Assembly (NCBI GenBank): GCA_036397855.1
Contig: DASWID010000101.1
Location: 289 to 64,288, forward strand
Direction: 5' to 3'
Length of the DNA: 64,000 bases
Source of the DNA: Thermodesulfobacteriota bacterium
GTDB taxonomy: Bacteria > Desulfobacterota_D > UBA1144 > Nemesobacterales > CSP1-2
In this document: piece by piece, positions 20,902 to 30,227 of the stretch
Numbering within the stretch: position 1 is the first letter of the stretch
Layout of the letters: each line of letters begins with the position of its first letter
Program-made: the position numbers and the translations under genes
The notes under the pieces: generated by a model
Database searches by the model: none
Told to the model about the DNA's origin: nothing
What the model saw: the letters and a program-made list of their open reading frames with translations, nothing else

Positions 20902-21360
20902 CTAGGGAGTCAATTTGGGCTTTTTTGTGTTAGTGAAACTACGTACGGAATTCTTCACTACGGGAACCGCCCCTAGAACTTGGACGTATTTTGTTTGGTA
21001 ACTCATTGCTCCCATGCCAAGAGGCATTCCACTTTTGAGATAGGTTTCCTTACTGCGAGGAGGGATTGTGATGGGAAGGACACCAGTTGTACTGCTTACT
21101 TGTTCGCCAGCATTGCCATATGAAGTGGAGTAATAGTTGAGTTTTATTTCAATATCTTTATAAGGTATATCAGCTGTGTTCTCAATCGTAACGTTACTAA
21201 TCATCGCTACCCTCAACGCTGCAAAGTAAGACCAGTCAGTAACTTTGATGTACCACTCTGGATGCTGAATCATTGAAATGGTGGGGTCCGATTCTTGAGC
21301 TTTGGCAAGCGTAGAAAATAGAATCAATAAGATGAAGAGTTTTGTGGCTATATGGTTCAA
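20902..21360 (-). CDS. secreted hypothetical protein
   Basis: Signal peptide; its 3' end is duplicated at 18970-19090. Confidence 0.5.
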   Translation of the reverse strand: MNHIATKLFILLILFSTLAKAQESDPTISMIQHPEWYIKVTDWSYFAALRVAMISNVTIENTADIPYKDIEIKLNYYSTSYGNAGEQVSSTTGVLPITIPPRSKETYLKSGMPLGMGAMSYQTKYVQVLGAVPVVKNSVRSFTNTKKPKLTP

Positions 21361-21592
21361 CTTTGGGTTCTCAGGTCTGTAGGTATTAATTCCTACTATT
21401 ATACACTAGCCTAGACTCCATCTTTAATCCTTGCGACTTCATTTTTTAACTCTATGAGATTTTTGTGTTGTGTAGTATCTTGTTTGTACTAGGTTCTTAA
21501 TGGGGAGCAGTACAATCTAGCGGTACCTTTAGCTAAGATTAGAAAGTGGTGGTAGCGAATATGTCTTTTTAAATTCCAATGGTAACCCTTAC

Positions 21593-21859
21593 GTGAGACA
21601 TGATTCGTTAAGCAGAGCTTTTCACGGAGCTTGTGAGAGGTCTAATATCAAAGGCTTGAGATTCCATGACCTAAGGCATACTTGTGCAACAAGATTAGTA
21701 GAAGCTGGGGTTCCACTTCATACTGTTTCGAAACTACTAGGTCATTCTACAATTAGGATGACCGAAAGATATAGCCAACCCGAAGAAAGTTTGAAGGGAG
21801 CAGTCGAAATTCTGGAAAAACTAGAAACTCGCTTTAGCCAATCGAAAAGAATTATTTGA
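21593..21859 (+). pseudogene. tyrosine integrase C-terminal fragment 1
   Basis: RFHDLRHTCATRLVEAGVPLHTVSKLLGHSTIRMTERYSQ without an N-terminal domain. Confidence 0.8.
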
Positions 21860-21919
21860 AATAATCGATAGAAGTACTGCTTTCAAAATCAGACCTATAT
21901 ATTTGCATAAACGCTTGCG

Positions 21920-22084
21920 ATGAATGGAGTTGATCTGATAGCAGTTCAGGAACTCTTAGGACAAAAATCTATAGTTATAAAAAAGCATTATTCACGCTCA
22001 ATACCGGCGTATAAGAGAAGGGCCGTTGAATCAATTGCTTTAACAAAAAAAGTGCGGAATAAGACAAATGGCAAGAATCCGTAG
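21920..22084 (+). pseudogene. tyrosine integrase C-terminal fragment 2 (paralog of the 10034-11116 integrase)
   Basis: MNGVDLIAVQELLGQKSIVIKKHYSRS...KRRAVESIAL aligns to NGVDLVTVQELLGHRSIVMTKRYSH...KKRAIESV of the intact integrase. Confidence 0.8.
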
Positions 22085-22139
22085 ACATGTTTGTTAAGCA
22101 TTATTAGTCAACTTAAGATGCGGACTTACCCGTGTTTCG

Positions 22140-22182
22140 CTCCAAAGCCAGAGGTTGCGGGTACGAATCCTGCCTCGCCCGC
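22140..22182 (+). other. tRNA-like 3' fragment / att remnant (T-arm-like GCGGGTACGAATCCTGC + acceptor-like CTCGCCC)
   Basis: About 60 nt downstream of int fragment 2, in the same int-att orientation as island 1; no matching 5' half found. Confidence 0.4.
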
Positions 22183-22317
22183 TTTATTTATTCTTATGAT
22201 TTAGGAAAGTTATAGATTATTAGGGGAGGTTTTATTAACGGAAAAATAATTAAGGCGTCCGTATACGTGTCTAAGAGACGTGCTCCAACGAATACTATAT
22301 AGACATCCAATTAATTT

Positions 22318-23301
22318 TTATTTCAATTCATTCAGTTTTTTTTGGAACGCTCTTAATTTATCGATAATATGATCGAACGTGGGATATGCACCGAAAATCA
22401 TTTCCTCCATCGCTTCGTAATCTTCCATCAATGACTTAAGCCTTGATTCGTCGGGTATTAGCTTTATTGTTCTAGGGGTTGCCAGATCATATTTTGCCCA
22501 ATTACTGTAATAAAAACGTTTTTTAAAATTCACAACATCATCCAACAACTTCAAATTCTTTAATCCCTTCATCTCAATATCTGTATCCAACATTTTATAA
22601 ACATCATAATAATGCCTCGAATAACGAGCTGGATGTGACTTTCCAGCTGGCCTGTGTGCCTCAACATGCAGTATTGTTACTTTCTCCCAAAATGTTCTTT
22701 CAGGAACGATAGAAACGACGTTAGCAAACGAATTTTCAAATTTTTCTGGAAATACCTCTGCTGCATAAGGCCGTATCGAGTATTTAGAGCACGGAACCAT
22801 TGAACTGATGGGCCCAATTTCTAATCGTATTTCTGGCCGCAAGTATGTACCAGAAAAAAGTTTGGGATATTGGATAATAACTGTTTGCCCATCGTATGAA
22901 TCCACTCTTGCGTCGCACGGCGGTTGCATTAAACCATTCAAAATGGGCAACAAGTCTCTGCCGATATAGTCCTCCGCTAATTTGTTTAATTTCTTGTTGA
23001 AAATATCTTGTTGTGTGTTGCTTCGGCCTTCGTATGGATCCTCATCGGTCAACACCGACCAATCTAATACCAAATCTATATCTTCTGAAAAACGATCAAT
23101 TACTTGGAAGCACTTTGAGAGAGTTGTTCCACCTTTAAACCTAAACAACTCTTTTAGGTCGTCATCCTCGAAGAGCTTCATTAATGCCCAGCAGATCCAA
23201 AAGTCTTTTTCTATCGCTGCTCCTTGCATCCCTTTACGTGCAGCTGTTTCAAGAAAAAGTTCTTCACGCTCGTTTTTGTTAAAAGTAGCTACTTTCTTCA
23301 T
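22318..23301 (-). CDS. AbiEii/AbiGii nucleotidyltransferase toxin (DUF1814)
   Basis: FKGGTTLSK...RFSEDIDL nucleotidyltransferase motif; 4-bp overlap with the upstream AbiEi gene. Confidence 0.8.
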   Translation of the reverse strand: MKKVATFNKNEREELFLETAARKGMQGAAIEKDFWICWALMKLFEDDDLKELFRFKGGTTLSKCFQVIDRFSEDIDLVLDWSVLTDEDPYEGRSNTQQDIFNKKLNKLAEDYIGRDLLPILNGLMQPPCDARVDSYDGQTVIIQYPKLFSGTYLRPEIRLEIGPISSMVPCSKYSIRPYAAEVFPEKFENSFANVVSIVPERTFWEKVTILHVEAHRPAGKSHPARYSRHYYDVYKMLDTDIEMKGLKNLKLLDDVVNFKKRFYYSNWAKYDLATPRTIKLIPDESRLKSLMEDYEAMEEMIFGAYPTFDHIIDKLRAFQKKLNELK

Positions 23302-23906
23302 TCCTTATTTTTAAATATAGCTTTAATAATTTCATAGACCCAGCTTGTTGTGTATTTTGTATCTTTCAAAATACGCCCGTGTTTTTCGGAACGAAAATAA
23401 TTGAATATGGTTTGCCTTTGTTGTTTGGTCAGTGTTTTATTACCTAATGCTTTAATCGCTTGAACCACTAATTCACTCTCTGGGTATTTCAGACCTATAT
23501 CTTTTAAGGTTGTTTTCTTAAATTCCAGTTCAATATTGCCAATCTGATACACCTTACTCTTACCATCAGTGTAGTAAAGATATTTAGTAGGAACCTGTGT
23601 TGATAGACCTAACACGTTCAACGCCGCATTACCTGAAATCTGAATTTTCCATCCAAATTTCCGGGCGAAAACCTGTGCCACTTGATCAACGTCTGGGCTT
23701 AAATCTTGCTCTAATAATTTGCTGTATTTTGGGTAATCGTATATACCACGTATAACCCTGCGAATGTGACCTTTATCTAATAAGCGACTCAAAACCTTAT
23801 CAATGGTATTTGCATTCCCCAAATCGGCAAAATCATTTTTGAAAAACGCCCAACCCCTACCATTGCCATAAATCCTGCTTATTACTTTATTTTCAATGGA
23901 TTGCAT
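23298..23906 (-). CDS. AbiEi family antitoxin / transcriptional regulator
   Basis: N-terminal ISRIYGNGRGWAFFKNDFADLG...IRRVIRGIYDYP pattern of AbiEi (DUF6088-like). Confidence 0.75.
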   Translation of the reverse strand: MQSIENKVISRIYGNGRGWAFFKNDFADLGNANTIDKVLSRLLDKGHIRRVIRGIYDYPKYSKLLEQDLSPDVDQVAQVFARKFGWKIQISGNAALNVLGLSTQVPTKYLYYTDGKSKVYQIGNIELEFKKTTLKDIGLKYPESELVVQAIKALGNKTLTKQQRQTIFNYFRSEKHGRILKDTKYTTSWVYEIIKAIFKNKE

Positions 23907-24039
23907 AATTTTAAGCTTATTATTCTGTCAGAAAAAAGATACCATTTTTCTGACAGGAAACAAGTATTTCCTGATCATGCACTGAGTGTTTTAACTGATG
24001 GGATTGAGGTTGTGAGTTGAATTAGAGACAGAGTTGTGT

Positions 24040-24153
24040 ATATATACCTAACTCTGTCTCTAATCTCGCGGAGTGATGAATTATGTTACAATAGTGTGTT
24101 GTATGATGGTTTGTATATATACCTTACCATCATACAACACACTATTGTAAAGA
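24040..24153 (+). promoter_or_regulatory. two perfect palindromic operators (11-bp arms gagacagagtt/aactctgtctc; 24-bp arms ttacaatagtgtgttgtatgatgg/ccatcatacaacacactattgtaa)
   Basis: Read directly; both spacers contain gtatatatacct; immediately upstream of the ATG at 24156. Confidence 0.7.
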
Positions 24154-24155
24154 AA

Positions 24156-25040
24156 ATGAAGCGAACTCAAAAAGATTGGGCTTCCGAGTTTCGAATTTAC
24201 CTACGGGAAATTCCGCCAAAGGTATTTAGCTGCGTAGAGCTCGAACCCCTTTTTGATAATCTTAGGAGACGAAAGATCCTTCCCTCTCGACTTAGCTATA
24301 ATAAATTTCTAGCTGAAGTAATAAGTAGAAATATGATTAATAAAACCAACATAAGATATGTGGGCAAAGCAAATTCGAGAAGAAAAGAGTTTATCCGCTA
24401 CACCTATAAGTCACCCTCATCATTCTCTATTGCATTATCACTACGTTCGAGGAGTTATCTATCTCATATCAGTGCATTGTTTTTGCATGGTCTGACTGAG
24501 CAGCCCCCCGAGACAATAATTGTAAACAAGGAACAGTCTGCAAAGAACAGTTCAAACGAATTAACCCAAGCGGGTATAGACCGAGCATTCAAAAAAGCCG
24601 CTCGTCAATCTAATTATATCTGGGCGTGGAAAGATTCGCGTTTTATACTTTTGAATGGAAAACAAACTGGGGATTTTGGAGTCATCAATATAAAAATTGA
24701 CACTGGAGAGCATCTTCGAGCTACAAACCTCGAGAGAACATTGGTAGACATTGTCGTAAGACCTAGCTACTCCGGAGGGGTAATTGAGATAGTAGAAGCT
24801 TATCGACGTGCTCGAAAAGTCCTTTCCACAAAGAAAATTGTTCAAATTTTAAAGCGACTAGACTATGCATACCCATATCATCAGTCTATAGGATTCGTGA
24901 TGGAACGTGCAGGTTTCGAGAAACAACAGTTAGATCTACTTAGGAATGAAGGTATCAACTTTGACTTTTATCTTGACTATCAGATCAGAAATAAGGCCTA
25001 CGACGATACTTGGAGATTATATTTCCCAAAGGGGCTTTGA
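24156..25040 (+). CDS. AbiEi-like winged-helix regulator (orphan antitoxin-like)
   Basis: YLSHISALFLHGLTEQ motif resembles the AbiEi N-terminal wHTH; start moved from 24036 to Met41 because the annotated N-terminus covers the palindromes. Confidence 0.5.
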   Translation: MKRTQKDWASEFRIYLREIPPKVFSCVELEPLFDNLRRRKILPSRLSYNKFLAEVISRNMINKTNIRYVGKANSRRKEFIRYTYKSPSSFSIALSLRSRSYLSHISALFLHGLTEQPPETIIVNKEQSAKNSSNELTQAGIDRAFKKAARQSNYIWAWKDSRFILLNGKQTGDFGVINIKIDTGEHLRATNLERTLVDIVVRPSYSGGVIEIVEAYRRARKVLSTKKIVQILKRLDYAYPYHQSIGFVMERAGFEKQQLDLLRNEGINFDFYLDYQIRNKAYDDTWRLYFPKGL

Positions 25041-25280
25041 TTTATTAAGCTCGAAACGCAGCAAAGAACTTTTAATTAATTTCGATCATTGTGAGTTTTT
25101 TATTTATTTCGAAATAAGTTGGTATCTAGTTTTTGTATTGCATTTTTCTTAGCTTCTTGCTTTGTGAGGCTCAGATATTTATCTTGAAAACTATAATAAC
25201 TCAAGAAAGTTTGTAGCCAAATCTGTAGCCCATTGAAATTGATGAGGAGGCGATAGGACGTAACCCCCTGATTTTATTGG

Positions 25281-25356
25281 TGGAGATGAGGGGATTCGAA
25301 CCCCCGACCTCCGCCTTGCGAAGGCGGCGCTCTCCCAAACTGAGCTACATCCCCAC
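25281..25356 (-). tRNA. tRNA-Ala (anticodon CGC)
   Basis: GGGGATG acceptor with G3-U70, anticodon loop TTCGCAA, T-loop TTCGAAT, CCA encoded. Confidence 0.85.
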
Positions 25357-25476
25357 TTTTTATACCAAAATCATTCGGTTTTTGTATAAATTAGATATAA
25401 CTAACTTGAAATTTTATCCAAAATTGCTAAAAAATACTAACCGAAAGTAAATTAATTAAAGAAATTAAAAAACTAC

Positions 25477-25505
25477 TTGACAACTTAAGTAAATTGCTTT
25501 ATATT
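25477..25505 (+). promoter_or_regulatory. sigma-70 promoter TTGACA-17-TATATT
   Basis: Near-consensus hexamers with 17-nt spacer. Confidence 0.65.
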
Positions 25506-25511
25506 AATATT

Positions 25512-25605
25512 CAGACTTAATTTGAAAACTTAAATCATCCTCCATCCTCCTTTAAGATAGTGGGAATGTTTCTAAACCCTTTAGGTCATTCCCACTTTTC
25601 TTTTT
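25512..25605 (+). ncRNA. candidate small RNA, copy B (anti-SD core + strong intrinsic terminator)
   Basis: Promoter at 25477; terminator gtgggaatg(25560-68)...cattcccac(25587-95) with inner ctaaa/tttag stem and ttttcttttt tail. Confidence 0.6.
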
Positions 25606-25724
25606 AATACCACTGATTATCTTTGATAAAGTATTTATATCGTAATTATCGACGAGAAAACATCTGAGATTGATTCATATCACCATGTTCCCAGTGAAAT
25701 GATTTCGCCCTTCTTTGTAAAAGC

Positions 25725-27212
25725 TCACTTTGATGCTGCTACTGCTCGATCTGATGCCCATCTCTCTAATCTGGAAATCTCTTCACGCATGGTTGTAGAG
25801 AGTGGAACTATAGAAGATGCTGCGATTATGAGTTCTCTCTCATCCAATTCCTTTTGTTTTGAATAGGCTTCAAAAAGGGCAGAGACCACAACCTGTTCAA
25901 TCTCTGAACCGGAAAGTCCTTCAGTGTTCTTGGCAAGGGAATCTATATCGAAAGAGTCGGGATCCTTATGGCGGTTGACAAGATGAATTCGGAATATCTC
26001 TTTTCGTGCTTTTTTTGATGGTAGGGATACGAAGAAGATCTCATCAAACCTGCCCTTTCTCAAGATCTCTGGCGGTAGCAAGTCGATTTGATTTGCAGTG
26101 GCAGCTATAAATACGGGGTATTTCTTTTCCTGCATCCAGGTAAGGAAAGAGCCGAATATCCTCGATGCGGGACTATCGCTTGTCTTTTCTCCGCTTCTTG
26201 TGATCCCGGCCTCAATCTCGTCTATCCATAGCACACAGGGAGAAATTGTCTCAACGGTCTTTATTGTGTTTCGAAAGGCTTCTTCGGGTGTTCCAAATAT
26301 GCCGCTATAAAGTTGATTTAGATCGAGCCTCAATAGCGGTAAATTCCAAACAGAAGCGACAGCCTTAGCACATAAGCTCTTACCACAACCGCTAATTCCC
26401 ATTATCAGTAATCCCTTTGGCATGTCAAGGCCGTATTGCCTGGCATCGGGGGCAAATGCTAATGCCCTGGTTTTTAGCCATTCCTTAAGATTTTCAAGTC
26501 CGCCAATGTCATCCAAGCCTACTCTACCTCTGATGTATTCCAGTGTTCCGATTCTATTTATTAAGAGAGCCTTCTCATCCATGAGGGATGTAACAATCTC
26601 TTCTTCACTTCTTTCTTCTCCATCCAGCAGAATCCTCTTTAGAGCAAATTTCATTTCGGAAGATGCAAGACCCTGCAAAGCGTGAACGCATTTTTCCCTG
26701 AACTCGGGGGTATAGTGATTTTGATGGCTTTTATCTTTAAGTGGACTTGTCACTTCGTCAAATATTATCCTGGCATCATCTGAATCTGGAAGTCCAATTT
26801 CGAATATGGTCATTTCCCTTTCTAGTTCAGCGGGAAGGACTACAGAGGGTGAGACGATGAATAGGGTTTTAGAGCTACTTTTCAAGGTTTGGTGCAGGTC
26901 TTTCAATTCTCTTATTATCTTTGGGTCCTTAAGAAAAAAGTGAAGGTCTTTAAAAAGAAAGAATCCCTTTTCATTGGTCTCTTGAACTTTTTTCAAAGCA
27001 CTCAAGGCGTCGTTGATTCCTTCTGATTCTCCATTCTCGCCACTAAACCCGTTGGTACAGGACCAGGAGTATACATTGTAATCATCACGGAACGACTCCT
27101 TCGAAAGCAGTCTCAGCGACTCCTCGACACGTTCTTCTTCCCAACTAACAAGGTAGATAAGTGGATATTCAGCCCTTATAAAACTTGCTATTTTTTCAGA
27201 TGGAAATGCCAT
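25725..27212 (-). CDS. AAA+ family ATPase with an uncharacterised N-terminal domain
   Basis: Walker A GISGCGKS, Walker B LWIDEIE, and an arginine-finger region in the C-terminal half. Confidence 0.6.
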   Translation of the reverse strand: MAFPSEKIASFIRAEYPLIYLVSWEEERVEESLRLLSKESFRDDYNVYSWSCTNGFSGENGESEGINDALSALKKVQETNEKGFFLFKDLHFFLKDPKIIRELKDLHQTLKSSSKTLFIVSPSVVLPAELEREMTIFEIGLPDSDDARIIFDEVTSPLKDKSHQNHYTPEFREKCVHALQGLASSEMKFALKRILLDGEERSEEEIVTSLMDEKALLINRIGTLEYIRGRVGLDDIGGLENLKEWLKTRALAFAPDARQYGLDMPKGLLIMGISGCGKSLCAKAVASVWNLPLLRLDLNQLYSGIFGTPEEAFRNTIKTVETISPCVLWIDEIEAGITRSGEKTSDSPASRIFGSFLTWMQEKKYPVFIAATANQIDLLPPEILRKGRFDEIFFVSLPSKKARKEIFRIHLVNRHKDPDSFDIDSLAKNTEGLSGSEIEQVVVSALFEAYSKQKELDERELIIAASSIVPLSTTMREEISRLERWASDRAVAASK

Positions 27213-27347
27213 AGCTTTGTTTAATCCGAATTCAATTTACCTGTTTTACTTGTTTCAATAGCTCAACTGTCAATCGAAAAAATCCTATATATAAGAAAGT
27301 TATGCTATGCCTCTTGTCCAAACAAGTTATGGTACAATTTCAAGAGG

Positions 27348-28892
27348 CTAAAGTCCAGTTGTTGTTGCTTTTTTAGGGTGATCCTTTCTCCATCTGAGCT
27401 TATTGAGAGCATTTATATAAGCCTTTGCGCTAGCAACCACAATGTCAGTACTCGAACCTTGACCCTGAGAGAAAATTCCATCCTCCTCGATTCTTACGGT
27501 AACTTCGCCTTGCGCGTCTGTACCGCCAGTAATTGAAGCTACCATGTAGTGTTCAAGATTGGGATTCATACCAGTTGCCTTGGAAATGGCCTTATAAGCC
27601 GCATCTACTGGACCTCCACCACTCTCGGATACTGTTACCTCCTCTCCTTCTACATCGAGCTTAACGGTTGCGACTGGATTCATATCGGTCCCACCTGAAA
27701 AATTAGCAGTGATGAGCTTATAGTAATCCGAAGAACGGACAAATTCCTCACTGATAAGTGCCTCAATATCCTCGTCAAAAACAAACTTCTTCTTGTCTGC
27801 GAGGTCTTTAAACTTTTTAAATGCAGTGAGAAAATCCTTTTCGCTTAGAAAATAGCCATACTCTTCGAGCCTTTTTCTGAATGCATGTCTGCCCGAGTGC
27901 TTTCCAAGGATTATTTTATTTGAGGGAATACCAATTTCCTCGGCCTTCATGATTTCATAAGTAATTCTTTCCTTTAGGACCCCGTCTTGATGTATCCCTG
28001 CTTCATGTGCAAAAGCATTGGCTCCCACTATCGCTTTATTTGGCGGAACACTTACCCCTGTGACCTGTGATACTATTCTGCTTGTTGGGTAGATCTGTTC
28101 CGTGACAATTCTGGTCTTATAGGGATGCCTGTCACTTCGTACCTTAAGCGCCATAACGATTTCTTCAAGCGATGCATTTCCTGCCCGTTCGCCAAGCCCA
28201 TTAATCGTGCATTCGACCTGCCTCGCACCTTCCTTAATTGCCGCAATTGAGTTTGCGACAGCCAGTCCCAGATCGTCGTGGCAATGGACGCTCAATGTTA
28301 CCTTGTCGAGGCCAGGAACCTTCTCTTTCAATGTTCTTATTATATGTGAGAACTCCTCTGGAACTGTATATCCGACCGTATCTGGGATATTAATAGTCGT
28401 AGCACCGGCTCTTATGGCTATATCCACGGACCGGCAAAGGTAATCGAGCTCCGTTCTAGTGGCATCTTCGGTTGAGAATTCAACGTTGTCCGTATATCGC
28501 TTAGCGTGCTTAACGGCGGCACTGATTATTTCCAGAACCTCTTCCTTGTCTTTTCTGAGTTTGTGCTTGAGATGAATATCGGAGGTCGCGATAAAGGTAT
28601 GAATCCGCGGATATTCGGCTCCTTTTATTGCTTCCCAACCTCTATCAATATCATTAAAATTGGCCCTACAGAGGCCCGCAATTTCACAGCCCCTGATTTT
28701 ATCGGCAATAAGCTTTACTGATTGAAAATCACCCTCCGACGAGATGGGGAATCCCGCTTCGATAATGTCTACCCCAAGTTTTTCTAATTGGTAAGCAACC
28801 CTGAGTTTTTCCTCTACGGTCATTCCACATCCAGGGGCTTGCTCTCCGTCTCTAAGTGTAGTATCAAATATTTTAACTATATCACTACTCAT
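27348..28892 (-). CDS. leuA: 2-isopropylmalate synthase
   Basis: DTTLRDGEQ...HCHDDLGLAVAN...LGERAGNA DRE-TIM core plus a LeuA-type C-terminal regulatory domain; 514 aa. Confidence 0.85.
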   Translation of the reverse strand: MSSDIVKIFDTTLRDGEQAPGCGMTVEEKLRVAYQLEKLGVDIIEAGFPISSEGDFQSVKLIADKIRGCEIAGLCRANFNDIDRGWEAIKGAEYPRIHTFIATSDIHLKHKLRKDKEEVLEIISAAVKHAKRYTDNVEFSTEDATRTELDYLCRSVDIAIRAGATTINIPDTVGYTVPEEFSHIIRTLKEKVPGLDKVTLSVHCHDDLGLAVANSIAAIKEGARQVECTINGLGERAGNASLEEIVMALKVRSDRHPYKTRIVTEQIYPTSRIVSQVTGVSVPPNKAIVGANAFAHEAGIHQDGVLKERITYEIMKAEEIGIPSNKIILGKHSGRHAFRKRLEEYGYFLSEKDFLTAFKKFKDLADKKKFVFDEDIEALISEEFVRSSDYYKLITANFSGGTDMNPVATVKLDVEGEEVTVSESGGGPVDAAYKAISKATGMNPNLEHYMVASITGGTDAQGEVTVRIEEDGIFSQGQGSSTDIVVASAKAYINALNKLRWRKDHPKKATTTGL

Positions 28893-29128
28893 TTAATTCA
28901 CCCCAGTTCAATAAAACAACCCAAATTATTGTAAGACCTGAAGCATATTTTGTCAATTGCTTCGAGAAGTTGTTTGTGATTGGATTCACAGTTATAGAAC
29001 GGTGGTTTGGATGTAAGTAACGGAAAAATAGGATTTTTGAAAAAGTGTCGGTTATTAGTTTATACTTCTTTTGGAAGAATAGCTATACTATTTGGTTGAA
29101 TCATGTTATCAAAAAATAAATCGCTTAT

Positions 29129-29758
29129 ATGAAAGAAATCTATCCAGGCATTTATACATGGTCTTGGTTATCTCCAAAGCATGGATATAACTTCAATGGT
29201 TATGCGTTAAAGGGAGAGAATGGTTTGGTAGTCATTGATCCTGCGTTTTTGAGCGAGGAGGAACTCGACGATATTCTCGAGCTTGGAACACCGAAATACA
29301 TTATCTTAACAAACAAGGATCATGAGAGGATGGCCTATGAATTCAGAGATAGAAATGCGGCAAAGATTTGTATCAACGAAATGGATTCTACATTTCTTAA
29401 ATCCTCTCCTGATCAGACATTTCGCGATAGAGATACTTTGCCTGGGGATCTTATGGTAATAAACATTCCTAATAATAAATCCCCGGGAGAATCAGCACTT
29501 CTTCTTTCTAGAGGGAAAGGGGTTCTTTTTATTGGGGATGCGATCATTGGCTGGCCAAAAGGGGAATTTTCGATGCTTCCAAAGGAAAAGTATAAAGATT
29601 CACAGATGGCAAAGGAGTCGATACGCATATTGCTTGATTATGACTATGATACCGTTCTTGTGGGAGACGGGGAATCTGTCTTAGAAGATGGCAAGGGTGC
29701 TATCATGAGGTTTCTGAGTCGTGAGGGGAATATACATCTGACATTACCTGTTCAATAG
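29129..29758 (+). CDS. MBL-fold metallo-hydrolase
   Basis: About 209 aa with beta-lactamase-fold blocks (TNKDHE...GD). Confidence 0.55.
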   Translation: MKEIYPGIYTWSWLSPKHGYNFNGYALKGENGLVVIDPAFLSEEELDDILELGTPKYIILTNKDHERMAYEFRDRNAAKICINEMDSTFLKSSPDQTFRDRDTLPGDLMVINIPNNKSPGESALLLSRGKGVLFIGDAIIGWPKGEFSMLPKEKYKDSQMAKESIRILLDYDYDTVLVGDGESVLEDGKGAIMRFLSREGNIHLTLPVQ

Positions 29759-29873
29759 AATATGAATTCGCTTATGACCTTATCTTTATTATTCTTTTTA
29801 AACACACGTCATTTGAGTGTCTGGCTAATTGTAGATACCTAATATTGAATTATTAATTTAGGTGGATCCGAAA

Positions 29874-30200
29874 ATGGGAAGGCCCGGTTATGTAAAGGTA
29901 GCAACGGTTGACGAACTCCCCTCTGGATGCGGGAAACTCGTCATGGGCCCATTGGAAAAGCCGATTGCACTGTTCAATGTTAACGGAGATTTTTTTGCCA
30001 TTAACTATATATGTCCCCACATGGGGGGACCTCTCGGAGAAGGAAAATTGAACGGTTATGTTGTATCATGCCCCTGGCACGGTTGGACATTCGATGTCAG
30101 GACTGGCTTACCCGACCACCCAGGAGGCCATTCTGTTTCGGCCTACAATGTTAAGATTGAAGGTAATGATGTCTTTATCGGGTGGTTAAAGAAGGTATAA
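29874..30200 (+). CDS. Rieske [2Fe-2S] domain protein
   Basis: CPH-x15-17-CPWH cluster-binding boxes. Confidence 0.8.
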   Translation: MGRPGYVKVATVDELPSGCGKLVMGPLEKPIALFNVNGDFFAINYICPHMGGPLGEGKLNGYVVSCPWHGWTFDVRTGLPDHPGGHSVSAYNVKIEGNDVFIGWLKKV

Positions 30201-30227
30201 GATTGAGGAAATAAATTACAAAAAGCT

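Noticed and set aside
24036-24155. N-terminal 40-aa extension of the 24036-25040 ORF
   Set aside because: It would be translated across two perfect palindromic operators and has no RBS. Met41 at 24156 is the more plausible start.
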